Assembly: GCA_963700635.1 (NCBI GenBank)
Contig: CAVOYH010000004.1
Span: forward strand, 928,001 to 992,000
Direction of reading: 5' to 3'
Source of the DNA: an uncultured Bacteroidota bacterium
GTDB taxonomy: Bacteria > Bacteroidota > Ignavibacteria > UBA10030 > UBA6906
DNA: 64,000 bases
Both the position numbers and the translations under genes were made by a program. Positions 9,425-18,212 of the stretch are shown in pieces. The notes under the pieces were generated by a model. That model saw only the letters and a program-made list of their open reading frames with translations. It did not search any database and was not told where the DNA came from. Every line of letters begins with the position of its first letter. Position 1 is the stretch's first letter.

Positions 9425-9576
9425 GTCCGCCCTGCGGTACGCTTTCTTTTTGGTTCAGAGCGCACCCTGGCAGCGAACCGCAGCCAGACCTGGTGTCCAT
9501 GGCCTTGTTACGCACACACGGGACCCGACACATTTCCGGATCCCGTGTATCTCACCTGTGCGTTCAAACCGGGTAA

Positions 9577-10395
9577 CTACTCGGTGGTGCGATTAACGAC
9601 AATCTCTACACGCCGATTGTTGGCCCGCCCTTCGGCAGTGGCATTATCTGCAACCGGTCTGTCTTCGCCCACTCCCTGCGCTTGAATCAGATCACTTGGG
9701 TAACCGCGCGAGACGAGGTACGAGCGAACGGCATTTGCGCGTTGCTGCGACAACTGGACGTTATAGCTGGAAGGCCCCCTGGAGTCAGTATGACCTTCAA
9801 CGGTGAGTCTTTTCTCTTTCGTGACCAAGAGTGCGTCGGCCACCTGATTCAGTCGTTGCTGCGCTGCCGGCGAGAGTTCCGATGTATTCGAAGCAAAGAT
9901 CACGCTGCCCGAAAGCGTAATGACGAGACCGCGAGCCTCTTCCTTGACGGCAGCGAGTTTCGCAAGATCAGCCTGAGCAGCAATCGTTTTCGCCTCTGCC
10001 GCAAGCCGTGCTTTTTGTTCGATAGCAAGGTTATCCTGTGACTTCTTCACGATCTCCGCCTGGGTTGCCTCGAGGTCCTTTTTGGCCTTGACCGTGGCGG
10101 CATTTTCCGTAGCGGTGGTGGCGAGCGCTTCGGCCATCTTCGCTTTGCGATCCGCCACATAGGCGAGGTCTCGCGTGCGGAACGATTTAGGATCGTCTCG
10201 GAAGGATTTCTCCGCGACGGCAAGGGCCTCTTTTGCCTTATGGACCTCTGCCGGGACGATCTGTGAGGCCGGGCCGATGCTTACGTCCTGGTATGCTTGA
10301 CGTGCATTGATGAGCTCTGTGGGCGGGAGAGTTGCGGCGCAGCCAACGAGCAGTCCGGTGCACGCACTGACGATCAGAAACTTAGGGAATCTCAT
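9577..10395 (-). CDS. DUF4398-OmpA C-terminal domain lipoprotein (peptidoglycan-binding)
   Basis: Lipobox LVGC, a helical DUF4398-like region, and OmpA motifs VEGHTDSRG, YNVQLSQQRA and GRANNRRVEI. Confidence 0.9.
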   Translation of the reverse strand: MRFPKFLIVSACTGLLVGCAATLPPTELINARQAYQDVSIGPASQIVPAEVHKAKEALAVAEKSFRDDPKSFRTRDLAYVADRKAKMAEALATTATENAATVKAKKDLEATQAEIVKKSQDNLAIEQKARLAAEAKTIAAQADLAKLAAVKEEARGLVITLSGSVIFASNTSELSPAAQQRLNQVADALLVTKEKRLTVEGHTDSRGPSSYNVQLSQQRANAVRSYLVSRGYPSDLIQAQGVGEDRPVADNATAEGRANNRRVEIVVNRTTE

Positions 10396-10398
10396 GGA

Positions 10399-10776
10399 CT
10401 ATTTCCTTTCACGGGGTAATTGGTTTTCTTTCCGAAGCTGTTGCACCCGCTGTATCGCCTCTGCGGCTTCCGTCTTGTCGGCATCCCCACGGGAGAGCGC
10501 TACAGCCAGTTCGGCGTCGGCCTGGGCGCGCATCAGCATGTACTCAGCCTGTTCGTTCTCACCCTTCGTGGCAAGCGCCTTGGCATTCTCCAGCCCCTCC
10601 TTGGCGAGCTGCAGATAGAGTGATGCGCTGGGAACGGTCGACGCGCCGACCTCTTCCGCGGCGCGAATCGCCGATGTGGTAGACTCTTTGTTGAGTGCAG
10701 GACTGCTTCCGCAACCTGCGAGCAGAGCAGCGAACAGAAAACTTCCAGCCACTACAACCGTGCTCAGAAGTTTCAT
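10399..10776 (-). CDS. DUF4398 domain lipoprotein
   Basis: Lipobox LAGC, AIRAAEEVGA and RAQADAELA; GGAGG RBS; typical partner of the DUF4398-OmpA gene. Confidence 0.85.
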   Translation of the reverse strand: MKLLSTVVVAGSFLFAALLAGCGSSPALNKESTTSAIRAAEEVGASTVPSASLYLQLAKEGLENAKALATKGENEQAEYMLMRAQADAELAVALSRGDADKTEAAEAIQRVQQLRKENQLPRERK

Positions 10777-10913
10777 TGAATCCTCCTTGTGTTATTGTGT
10801 ATCGTAACGTTCAATTCCGGCTCGTCATGAACAGCCGATCTATGTGTCTCATGTGACGGAACACACCGATTGAATCTGAAGTAATGTAGCGTTGATCACC
10901 ACGTGATCCAATA

Positions 10914-10943
10914 GACCGAAGGGATGGAAGTGTGATTAATCCC
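10914..10943. promoter_or_regulatory. Copy 1 of a shared 30-bp upstream motif (putative activator site) for the DUF4398 operon
   Basis: gaccgaagggatggaagtgtgattaatccc is 24/30 identical to 12660-12689. A minus-strand -10-like TACATT lies at 10883-10888. Confidence 0.6.
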
Positions 10944-11037
10944 TTCGAAGCGCAATGTGTTGCCGTCCGCAGGGATCTGAGAGAAGAGAAGGAGAACCGG
11001 CGATGATCGTATTACGACAAGAGGAGGGGGAACAAGC

Positions 11038-11691
11038 TCACGGCTCCTGGTTTTCATAGGAGTGCGTAGCGATCTCGAGGCGGCTGTGAAGTGCCATCTT
11101 TTCCAGGATGTTGTGGACGTGGCTTTTCACCGTATAGGTCGAGATATTCAGATGTCGGGCGATATCCTTGTTACTCATTGCCTGGGCAATGAGGACAACG
11201 ATTTCCCGTTCACGTTTCGTCATCCGCACTGCAGCGGCAAGTTTCTTCTTGCCGCCACGGATTGCATGGTCGACGATGAGAGAGAACAACGATCCCGTCA
11301 GTAGAGGGGGGAGGATTTTCATTCCACGCGCGACAGACCGGATTGTTCCGAGCACTTCTGCAATCGACGCGTCTTTGAGGATGAAACCCGCCGCACCTGC
11401 CTGCACCAACTCGACAATATCCAGCTGGGTAGGGATTAGCCCCATCCCGACGACCCTAATGTTTGGCAGTTCCTTCGCAATCGTTTCTACGATACGGAGT
11501 CCGTTTTCGCTTCGCAACCCCAGGTCCAGGAGCACCAGGTCAGGTTTCAAGTCCCGCAGCTTCAGGATGGTATCATGATTTCCAGCGGTCGCTGCCACAA
11601 CCTTCAGATCTTCTTGCTTCTTGAGTAACGCGCTGATGCCTTCGCGTAGAATGCGATTGTCTTCGATAATAAACACTCTCGTGTTTCTCAT
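11038..11691 (-). CDS. Orphan NarL/LuxR-family response regulator
   Basis: IIEDN, LLDLGL and GFILKD in the receiver domain; MTKREREIV...SNKDIARHLNISTYTVKSHVHNILEK in the HTH. Confidence 0.92.
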   Translation of the reverse strand: MRNTRVFIIEDNRILREGISALLKKQEDLKVVAATAGNHDTILKLRDLKPDLVLLDLGLRSENGLRIVETIAKELPNIRVVGMGLIPTQLDIVELVQAGAAGFILKDASIAEVLGTIRSVARGMKILPPLLTGSLFSLIVDHAIRGGKKKLAAAVRMTKREREIVVLIAQAMSNKDIARHLNISTYTVKSHVHNILEKMALHSRLEIATHSYENQEP

Positions 11692-11750
11692 CGCATCAGG
11701 CTTTCATTCGTTCGGACAATGGGTATTCGCCGCGGCAAGTCGATTTTGCA

Positions 11751-11780
11751 CAAAGGTAAGAAATATTTCGATGTTTAGCA
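11751..11780 (-). promoter_or_regulatory. Housekeeping-type promoter for the orphan regulator
   Basis: Minus strand TTGCTA (11775-11780) and TACCTTTG (11751-11758). The latter matches the Bacteroidota TAnnTTTG element. Confidence 0.5.
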
Positions 11781-11933
11781 AGACGCTCCAGGCATCAAGG
11801 GCCATTTGCCGCTGCACTGCAGCATTATCTGGATTACCGGGGAGAATCAAGAGAAGGAGAAGGATGGGGTTGTGTGACTCGACTGATTACGCCATTTGTA
11901 GATCCCTCCTTTGCAGCCTAGCGATGGAGTTCC

Positions 11934-12176
11934 TTATCCGATTCCGCGCCCTTTGCTCTCACCTCGTCGGCCTAACATTTCTTCGTGAGGGATAGGCGTG
12001 CGTGGAACCTGGAGGTCTAATTTTTGCAGCCCTTCCCTGGAGAGGGTGGAACCGCGCGATGGATGGTCTGATGCGGTGACTATGTAGAGGGCGAAGGAAC
12101 CGCCGCGACTCGTTTCCTGCCATCCGGCGAATGCCGCATCTGCTTCCTCAGCCGGGAGATCTGTATTTTCTTCCAT
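11934..12176 (-). CDS. Small hypothetical protein (80 aa)
   Basis: Strong GAGGAGG RBS, co-oriented directly downstream of csbD, with protein-like composition (FAGWQET...FALY.V...DHPS.GST). Confidence 0.6.
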   Translation of the reverse strand: MEENTDLPAEEADAAFAGWQETSRGGSFALYIVTASDHPSRGSTLSREGLQKLDLQVPRTPIPHEEMLGRRGESKGRGIG

Positions 12177-12221
12177 GGAGCCTCCTCTCAGATTGACGTA
12201 TCTACTTGTTCTGCAGCACGT

Positions 12222-12542
12222 TCACTTCGCTCGGACCTTCTTCTCCAAGGTGTTTCCCGTCACGGCACGTTTTTTCTTCAGGTTTTGGCCGGCGCGGGTG
12301 GACTTCTGCAATTGGATCAACCGTTTGTTTGACTTCTTGAGGCGCTTGATCGTCTCTTTGAATTCCTTAATCTCGTGCGCCACCTCCTCCTTGGCAATTC
12401 CGTGTCTCTCCTGGAGCTTTCCTACGAATTCTTCATACTTCCCTGCAATTGCAGCCAGGTCATCGTTCATGACCTTACCCCAATGCCCCAACGCCTTCCC
12501 CCTGCGTTGCTTCCATTCTCCCTCCATTCGATCCCAGTTCAT
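12222..12542 (-). CDS. CsbD family general stress protein with a basic C-terminal tail
   Basis: MNWDRMEGEWKQRRGK...WGK..NDDL..IAGK.E..VGKLQER.G.AKEE, preceded by an AAAGGA RBS. Confidence 0.88.
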   Translation of the reverse strand: MNWDRMEGEWKQRRGKALGHWGKVMNDDLAAIAGKYEEFVGKLQERHGIAKEEVAHEIKEFKETIKRLKKSNKRLIQLQKSTRAGQNLKKKRAVTGNTLEKKVRAK

Positions 12543-12659
12543 TGGCCGTTTTCCTTTCAAGCCCCTCCGTTCAAATTCGTGGTTGTTATCCAGCCTCCAA
12601 CGGAAAGGCCGTCCTGCTGCGTTTGATGAAGTATACCGGTTTCGAGATTAAAAGGAATC

Positions 12660-12689
12660 GACCGATAGGATGAAAGAGGGATTAATCAC
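12660..12689. promoter_or_regulatory. Copy 2 of the shared 30-bp upstream motif, upstream of csbD
   Basis: gaccgataggatgaaagagggattaatcac, with a minus-strand TATACT at 12630-12635. Confidence 0.6.
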
Positions 12690-12746
12690 CCAAAGCGAAT
12701 TTTGGGACTACAACCCGTTCAATGTCGGGTCGGGCGGGTAGAAACG

Positions 12747-13559
12747 CTACATCAATCCAAGTGAATATCCCAGCTTGATACCGAAGTGCACTCGTTTCGA
12801 TTCAGGCTGGAGCAGTCCTTGAACTTCTGGGGATTGTGAAAGTGTCCACGTCTCGAAGTAGAGCAGGGTGAACACCCCGTATATGCTCCCTCCCGCGTGC
12901 ACCAGGAATCGTGGATTACTTCCCGGGGTGAGGTTGATGTTGAATTTCTGACTGTTTACCCGCGGGAGGCGGTCGATTGATTCAGAAAGTGAAAGCGGAA
13001 ACTTGACTACCACTCCAGAAAAGAACTGAACTTTCGGGGTTACGATGAACACACCGTTTACCCCGACGTTCGCCAGGAACACAGAATACTTCTCATCATA
13101 GCCGGCAGGATCGCCGTTTCCGACATCTCTGAGCCAACCCTCAAACCCGAATCCGGCGACCGGAGAAAGCCGAAATGTTTTGGATACCTCCGCAACGTAG
13201 CCGGCACTCAGCGTTGCCTCAAAGTTGGAGTACGACGATTTCGCGTTGTAGGGAGTCCTTGCTCCTGTTTGAAGGTCAAACGCAAACCCTTTATAGTCGA
13301 CAGTACCCAGTGCGTACTGCAAATCCACTTCGACATAAAGACTTCTCTTCTGCAGAAATGAATACCGGGACAGAACACCAACAGAGAACCTTGGCCCGCT
13401 TTCCTTCAGCGCTTCACTTCCATTGTCATCGAACTCTTGCCAACTGAAGCCCTGTACTGCAACGTAGGGCGTGAGCTGGAACGGTACGTCAAGAGTCTGC
13501 GCAGACGCGCTGGCACACGTCACAACGAATAGCGCCATGGTGATACAGTGTATCTTCAT
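12747..13559 (-). CDS. Putative outer-membrane beta-barrel protein
   Basis: Signal peptide MKIHC...ASA after an AGGAG RBS, amphipathic beta strands, and a C-terminal strand FGIKLGYS. Confidence 0.7.
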   Translation of the reverse strand: MKIHCITMALFVVTCASASAQTLDVPFQLTPYVAVQGFSWQEFDDNGSEALKESGPRFSVGVLSRYSFLQKRSLYVEVDLQYALGTVDYKGFAFDLQTGARTPYNAKSSYSNFEATLSAGYVAEVSKTFRLSPVAGFGFEGWLRDVGNGDPAGYDEKYSVFLANVGVNGVFIVTPKVQFFSGVVVKFPLSLSESIDRLPRVNSQKFNINLTPGSNPRFLVHAGGSIYGVFTLLYFETWTLSQSPEVQGLLQPESKRVHFGIKLGYSLGLM

Positions 13560-13654
13560 GGTGTTGGCTCCTCTGAGTGCCACAGATACGGAAACGACGA
13601 ATCCGGATCCGCAACCTTTTTCGTCCACTGTGAATGCCCGCCCTACAAGCAAAC

Positions 13655-13729
13655 TGAGGATTGCCATTGTCCATTGCTGATTGCCAGAGACATTGGCAAT
13701 TTACAATCGGCAATTCACAATCCTCAATC
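13655..13729. repeat. Heptamer-periodic imperfect inverted repeat immediately 3' of the tRNA
   Basis: ATTG units at 13660, 13666, 13673 and 13680 mirror CAAT units at 13697, 13704, 13711, 13718 and 13725. The outer arms are tgaggattg / caatcctca. Confidence 0.65.
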
Positions 13730-13741
13730 GTTGTTCCGCTG

Positions 13742-13814
13742 TGCACCCACCAGGACTCGAACCTGGAACCCACTGATTAAGAGTCAGTTGCTCTACCAAT
13801 TGAGCCATGGGTGC
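13742..13814 (-). tRNA. tRNA-Lys (anticodon CTT), CCA not encoded
   Basis: GCACCCATGGCTCAATTGGTAGAGCAACTGACTCTTAATCAGTGGGTTCCAGGTTCGAGTCCTGGTGGGTGCA; acceptor, D, anticodon and T arms all pair. Confidence 0.97.
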
Positions 13815-13884
13815 GCTGATACCCATGGTCATGAGAGATGCCCATGGGGCACAACAAGGACGCCCAAGGGTGGGCATCCATCTT

Positions 13885-14220
13885 CTACTGCAACGGCGCC
13901 TGCTGCGGCGTCGCCGGAGGCAACTGGGGCGTCATCGACCGCTGCTGCTGCGTCCCCTGCTGCAAAACACTTTCTCCCGTCTCTCCGGAGCGGGGAAGGA
14001 AAAATATGTTGATCACCAGGGCCAGAAACAGAAATGCCCCGGCAAGTATCTGCGTCGCACGAATCAGAAAATCCGCAGTCCGGCGGACGCCAAAAACAAC
14101 ACCAACGGATCCGCCCCCAAATGTGCCCGCCAATCCGCCCCCTTTGCTGGACTGCATCAAGACCACCAACATCAAAACAAGGCTGATGATCACTTCAAGA
14201 ACTATCAGAAATGTAAACAT
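13885..14220 (-). CDS. secG: Preprotein translocase subunit SecG
   Basis: VLMQSSKGGGLAGTFGG between two TM helices; a TAAATTTG promoter element lies at 14250-14257. Confidence 0.95.
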   Translation of the reverse strand: MFTFLIVLEVIISLVLMLVVLMQSSKGGGLAGTFGGGSVGVVFGVRRTADFLIRATQILAGAFLFLALVINIFFLPRSGETGESVLQQGTQQQRSMTPQLPPATPQQAPLQ

Positions 14221-14276
14221 GTGTCGCGTCCCTATTCAGTCGTAGGCTTCAAATTTACGCAATCCCATGAGAAAAA

Positions 14277-14924
14277 TCAAGCTCCAAATCCCCACCCGGT
14301 GAGTTTTTCCAGCGTTATCCCGCTCCCCTTTTCGCCCCCCTTGAGCATCATCCGCTCCACATACTTCCCGATCAGGTCAAATTCCAGATTCACAGCCCTT
14401 CCCGTGCGCACATCAGAAAATGTGGTGTTTTTTAGCGTGTGGGGAATTACCGATATCTCAAACTCACTCCCAACAAGAGATGCCACCGTGAGACTCACTC
14501 CGTCCACCGCAATCGACCCTACAGGAATAAGATACCGGGCAAACTCAACCGGATACGATATCCGCATGACCCAGCTCATGGCCTTCTTCTCCAGTCCGGT
14601 GAGATGCCCGACACAATCCACGTGCCCCTGAACCAGATGGCCACCAAGCCGGTCATTCAACCGCACGGCAAGCTCTACATTAACCCTGTCAGCTCCGCGT
14701 AGAGCCCCCAGGGTGGTCTTCCGTAATGTCTCCTCGACAGCTTCAACTTCAAAATCATCGCCCGTCGTTGACACAACAGTCTGGCAAACCCCGTTCACCG
14801 AAACACTGTCGTTTATGTGAATCTCCGGTGCGCTGCCGGGAGCACGAATCGTCAAGAGCACTCCCCCGCCTTTCCGTTTAACCGAAAGGACACTCGCAAC
14901 TTCCTGTATAATCCCTGTAAACAT
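14277..14924 (-). CDS. ribE: Riboflavin synthase (alpha chain)
   Basis: MFTGII start, SVSVNGVCQTV, GGHLVQGHVD, GSIAVDGVSLTV and VNLEFD. Confidence 0.96.
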   Translation of the reverse strand: MFTGIIQEVASVLSVKRKGGGVLLTIRAPGSAPEIHINDSVSVNGVCQTVVSTTGDDFEVEAVEETLRKTTLGALRGADRVNVELAVRLNDRLGGHLVQGHVDCVGHLTGLEKKAMSWVMRISYPVEFARYLIPVGSIAVDGVSLTVASLVGSEFEISVIPHTLKNTTFSDVRTGRAVNLEFDLIGKYVERMMLKGGEKGSGITLEKLTGWGFGA

Positions 14925-14934
14925 GGGGCTCCTC

Positions 14935-16056
14935 TTAATCAAATTGGGCATGGATCAGAATGTCTGCATCGATTCGTCGTACCGAAAGAGTGGCCGCATC
15001 TTTTGATACCGCCTTGAGCATGGTCGACCCGAAGGCCACCGGCCCCCCGGCACCTATCCGGGGTGCAATAAACAGACTTAGCTCGTCTATGAATCCACCC
15101 TCCACGAACTGCCGGAATACCTCTCCTCCGCCCTCCACAAGTAAGGACCCCATATGCTCCTGATACAACCGTTCCAGCAGATCTGCGATGTTGATTTTTC
15201 CGTTACGACCCGGCAGTGGTACTATGATTACCCCCCGGTTTTCGAGCCTGCGGAGCGCCCGTTGTTTTGTTCGTGCTGCACGCACGGTCGTGCAGACAAA
15301 CACCCTCCTCTTTCTTGCACTCCCGAACACGCGCGCCGATTCCGGGAGACTCAAACTTCCGTCCAGGATGACGACATCCGGGCTTACACCTTTAACTCCG
15401 CGGACATTCAGCCGTGGATTGTCAATCAGGACCGTCCGCGCCCCCACGAGCACAGCATCGTGATCGGCGCGCAGCGTATGCACCAGCAGCCGGGCACGGC
15501 CGCCCGTTATCCAGCGCCGCGTGTCGCCCGGAACGGATATCCGGCCGTCCAGCGTCTGCGCCACCTTGATATGGATGTAGGGCCGGGAGTGTACAATCGA
15601 GCGAGCATATCTCCGGTTCAACAGTTCCGCTTCCGCTTGTTTCAGGCCGACCTCAACACGCTTCCCGGCCCGACGCAGCAGGGTAATACCTTTTCCGGCT
15701 ACCAGTGGATTGGGATCCTTCATGGCGATGACGATATGCGGGATAGGAGTCATTGCAAGGAGCGGTGCGCACGCAGGCGTCTTCCCGTAATGACTGCATG
15801 GCTCGAGCGTGACGTACAGGGTGGTGTCTTCAAGTGAGCCCTTGAACTTTGCCAGACACTCCACCTCGGCATGTGGACCCCCATAATAGCGGTGGTATCC
15901 ACGCGCGACGATGATGCCCCGTTTGACGAGCACGGCACCGACCATGGGATTCGGGCTTACGCTGTGCCCCCCCTTCGAGGCAAGCCGCAGCGCCTCCTGC
16001 ATGAACCGATCAGACGATTTGTCCGGCCCCTGTGATTTCTGTTTACCTGGCGTCAT
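14935..16056 (-). CDS. ribD: Bifunctional riboflavin deaminase/reductase
   Basis: PNPMVGAV, HAE, TLEPCSHYGKTPAC, TLDGRI, DNPRL and LLVEGG. Confidence 0.96.
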   Translation of the reverse strand: MTPGKQKSQGPDKSSDRFMQEALRLASKGGHSVSPNPMVGAVLVKRGIIVARGYHRYYGGPHAEVECLAKFKGSLEDTTLYVTLEPCSHYGKTPACAPLLAMTPIPHIVIAMKDPNPLVAGKGITLLRRAGKRVEVGLKQAEAELLNRRYARSIVHSRPYIHIKVAQTLDGRISVPGDTRRWITGGRARLLVHTLRADHDAVLVGARTVLIDNPRLNVRGVKGVSPDVVILDGSLSLPESARVFGSARKRRVFVCTTVRAARTKQRALRRLENRGVIIVPLPGRNGKINIADLLERLYQEHMGSLLVEGGGEVFRQFVEGGFIDELSLFIAPRIGAGGPVAFGSTMLKAVSKDAATLSVRRIDADILIHAQFD

Positions 16057-17492
16057 CGTTTTAGGGTAAATGAAAAGTCGCTTCCTTTTCCCACCGTACT
16101 TCGTACCCCGATCGTTCCATCATGTGCTTCGACAATATGCTTGACAATGGCAAGCCCCAGGCCGGTTCCTCCCACGTCACGCGCCCGGTCCTTGTCGACG
16201 CGGTAGAATCGTTCGAATATGCGATTCATCTGATTTTCTGCAATGCCCCGCCCCGTGTCGGAAACCGTTATCGTAGCCAGATGGTTCGCAAGCTCAGTCC
16301 GCACCTCGATCGTGCCTCCGGAATCGGTGTACTTGATTGCGTTCTCCACAAGATTGACCATCACCTGTTTCAGCCGCTCCCTGTCTCCGTACACCTTCTC
16401 CTGGTCGTCCGGCAGATCTGCAAGGATGAGCGCGATCCCCTTACGTTCTGCCAGCGGGCGCATGTCATCGGCCACAAGCTCCAGGAATTCCCGGACAGGA
16501 AAGTACCGGTGACTCATTTTCATTTCGCCTGATTCTATACGCGAGATCTCAATAAGATCATTCAAGAGGTCGTTCAACCGTTCAGCATGCCGGTGGGCCT
16601 TCGCCAGGAATTCGCGGTTCACGGCGGGATCATCCACAGCCCCGTCGATGAGGGTTTCAAGGAATCCCTGGATCGAAAATATCGGCGTTCGGAGTTCGTG
16701 CGAAACATTTGCCAGAAACTCACTGCGTACGCGTTCGAGTTTCCGGAGCCGCTCAATATCATTGCTCAGGGTTTCCGCCATCCTGTTAATTGCTGTGCCC
16801 AGTGAACCAATCTCGTCGTGAGACGAGGCGGGTACCCGGACTTTCAGATTGCCCCCCGTTATGGCTTCTGCCGTTTGGGCAATGTCCAGAATCGGTCGCG
16901 TGATCCGGCGTGCCATGTGAATACTTACTGCCGCGACGAACAGGATTGCGAGCAGGCCAACCAGCCAGCCCGCGGCCTGCACCCTCTCATCCAGCTCCCT
17001 TGCCTCTACGGCAGGCAGCGCGAGCCTGACGAAACCCGAATCCAATGCGGGGTTTGAAGGCACCATGATTCGCTTTGCGGCATAAAGAAACTCTCTGGCC
17101 AAGGAGTTGCTGAACCGGAGAGCCGTACCGACCCTCCCGTCACGCGCGGCATTAATTTCGGGGCGATCCTTGTGGTTCTCCAGGAAGGTAAGGGAGTCAC
17201 GCGGGATCCCTGTGTCAAAAAGAACACGCCCGTCTTTGTCAATGAGGCTCACGCGGACTCCGAGCGCGCGGGCAAAAGTCAGGAAGGCGCTGTCATCGCT
17301 TCCCTGCAGGCTACCGGATTGGCCTCGATCGGCACATTGTTGTGCCAGCAACGACACTTGTGCAGTCAGTGTCGCAGTGGCTCGCGCTTCGAGGAATTTC
17401 TTGATTTGCCAGGAGGAAAGAAGACTGACGAGGAGAACGACGGCAACAGTGAGGGTGATGTATGTGGCGGCTATACGGGTGCGGAGTCTCAT
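16053..17492 (-). CDS. PhoR-like sensor histidine kinase (HAMP-HisKA-HATPase)
   Basis: ENHKDRPEI periplasmic motif, HAMP domain, EFLANVSHELRTP, RIFERFYRVDKDR and GTGLGLAIVKH. Confidence 0.9.
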   Translation of the reverse strand: MRLRTRIAATYITLTVAVVLLVSLLSSWQIKKFLEARATATLTAQVSLLAQQCADRGQSGSLQGSDDSAFLTFARALGVRVSLIDKDGRVLFDTGIPRDSLTFLENHKDRPEINAARDGRVGTALRFSNSLAREFLYAAKRIMVPSNPALDSGFVRLALPAVEARELDERVQAAGWLVGLLAILFVAAVSIHMARRITRPILDIAQTAEAITGGNLKVRVPASSHDEIGSLGTAINRMAETLSNDIERLRKLERVRSEFLANVSHELRTPIFSIQGFLETLIDGAVDDPAVNREFLAKAHRHAERLNDLLNDLIEISRIESGEMKMSHRYFPVREFLELVADDMRPLAERKGIALILADLPDDQEKVYGDRERLKQVMVNLVENAIKYTDSGGTIEVRTELANHLATITVSDTGRGIAENQMNRIFERFYRVDKDRARDVGGTGLGLAIVKHIVEAHDGTIGVRSTVGKGSDFSFTLKR

Positions 17493-17510
17493 CGGCTGGA
17501 ACTGGCAGTC

Positions 17511-18212
17511 CTACGCTTTATACCTGTAACCCACGCCTTTGATGGTCTCGATCATATCGGCGTCATGCCCGAGCTTTTCCCTGATTTTCCGAATATGCAC
17601 GTCCACAGTCCGGTCGATGACCACAACTTCGCTTCCCCAGATGTTACGAAGCAGCATTTCGCGGGAAAAGACTTTTCCGGGATGAGAAGCAAGCAGGGCA
17701 AGAATTTCAAATTCTTTCCGCGGAAAGAACACTTCTTTCTTTCCGTGTCGGACGGTATAGCTACGCCGGTCAATTTCCAGGCGCCCGATTTTGATGGGGG
17801 GTGGGTCGGACGATTCCTCCGCATGCTGCTCGCGCCGCCTGAGGGCAGCCTTCACGCGCGCAACGAGTTTCCGCGGGCTGATCGGTTTCTGAATATAGTC
17901 GTCCGCCCCCAGTTCCAATCCCAGAACCTCATCCACTTCGCTAGGACTGGCCGTGAGAAAGACCACCGGCACAGATGCTGTGGCTGGGGTGTTCTTCAGC
18001 CTCCTGCATGTTTCAAAGCCGTCGAGTACCGGCATCATAAGATCCAAAATGACAAGGTCCGTGCCCGGCCCGGCCCTGGCCAGGGCCTCCCCGCCATTGT
18101 TGGCCGTGGACACCGCGTACCCTTCTTTGGTCAGATTGTAACGGATGAGATCAACGATATCCTGTTCGTCATCGACCACGAGGATATGTTTTTTCTTGAC
18201 CGCTGAGGTCAT
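17511..18212 (-). CDS. PhoB/PhoP-like OmpR-family response regulator
   Basis: VVDDE, ILDLMMP, GADDYIQKP, DRTVDVHIRKIREK and GVGY. Confidence 0.92.
   Translation of the reverse strand: MTSAVKKKHILVVDDEQDIVDLIRYNLTKEGYAVSTANNGGEALARAGPGTDLVILDLMMPVLDGFETCRRLKNTPATASVPVVFLTASPSEVDEVLGLELGADDYIQKPISPRKLVARVKAALRRREQHAEESSDPPPIKIGRLEIDRRSYTVRHGKKEVFFPRKEFEILALLASHPGKVFSREMLLRNIWGSEVVVIDRTVDVHIRKIREKLGHDADMIETIKGVGYRYKA

Noticed and set aside
9303-9533. 76-aa minus-strand ORF as a real gene
   Set aside because: It is off-frame relative to the recognisable lmo0937-like remnant and has no protein-like features.
11855-11890. Third copy of the 30-bp motif upstream of the orphan regulator
   Set aside because: Only 'ggatg...gtgtga' is shared; the GACCGA and GATTAATC parts are missing.
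13655-13729. CRISPR array
   Set aside because: Units are 7 nt with no spacers, and there are no cas genes.
13805-13828. Short inverted repeat between the tRNA 5' end and its leader, as an att-site remnant
   Set aside because: It is inverted rather than direct, only ~8 bp, and on the 5' side.
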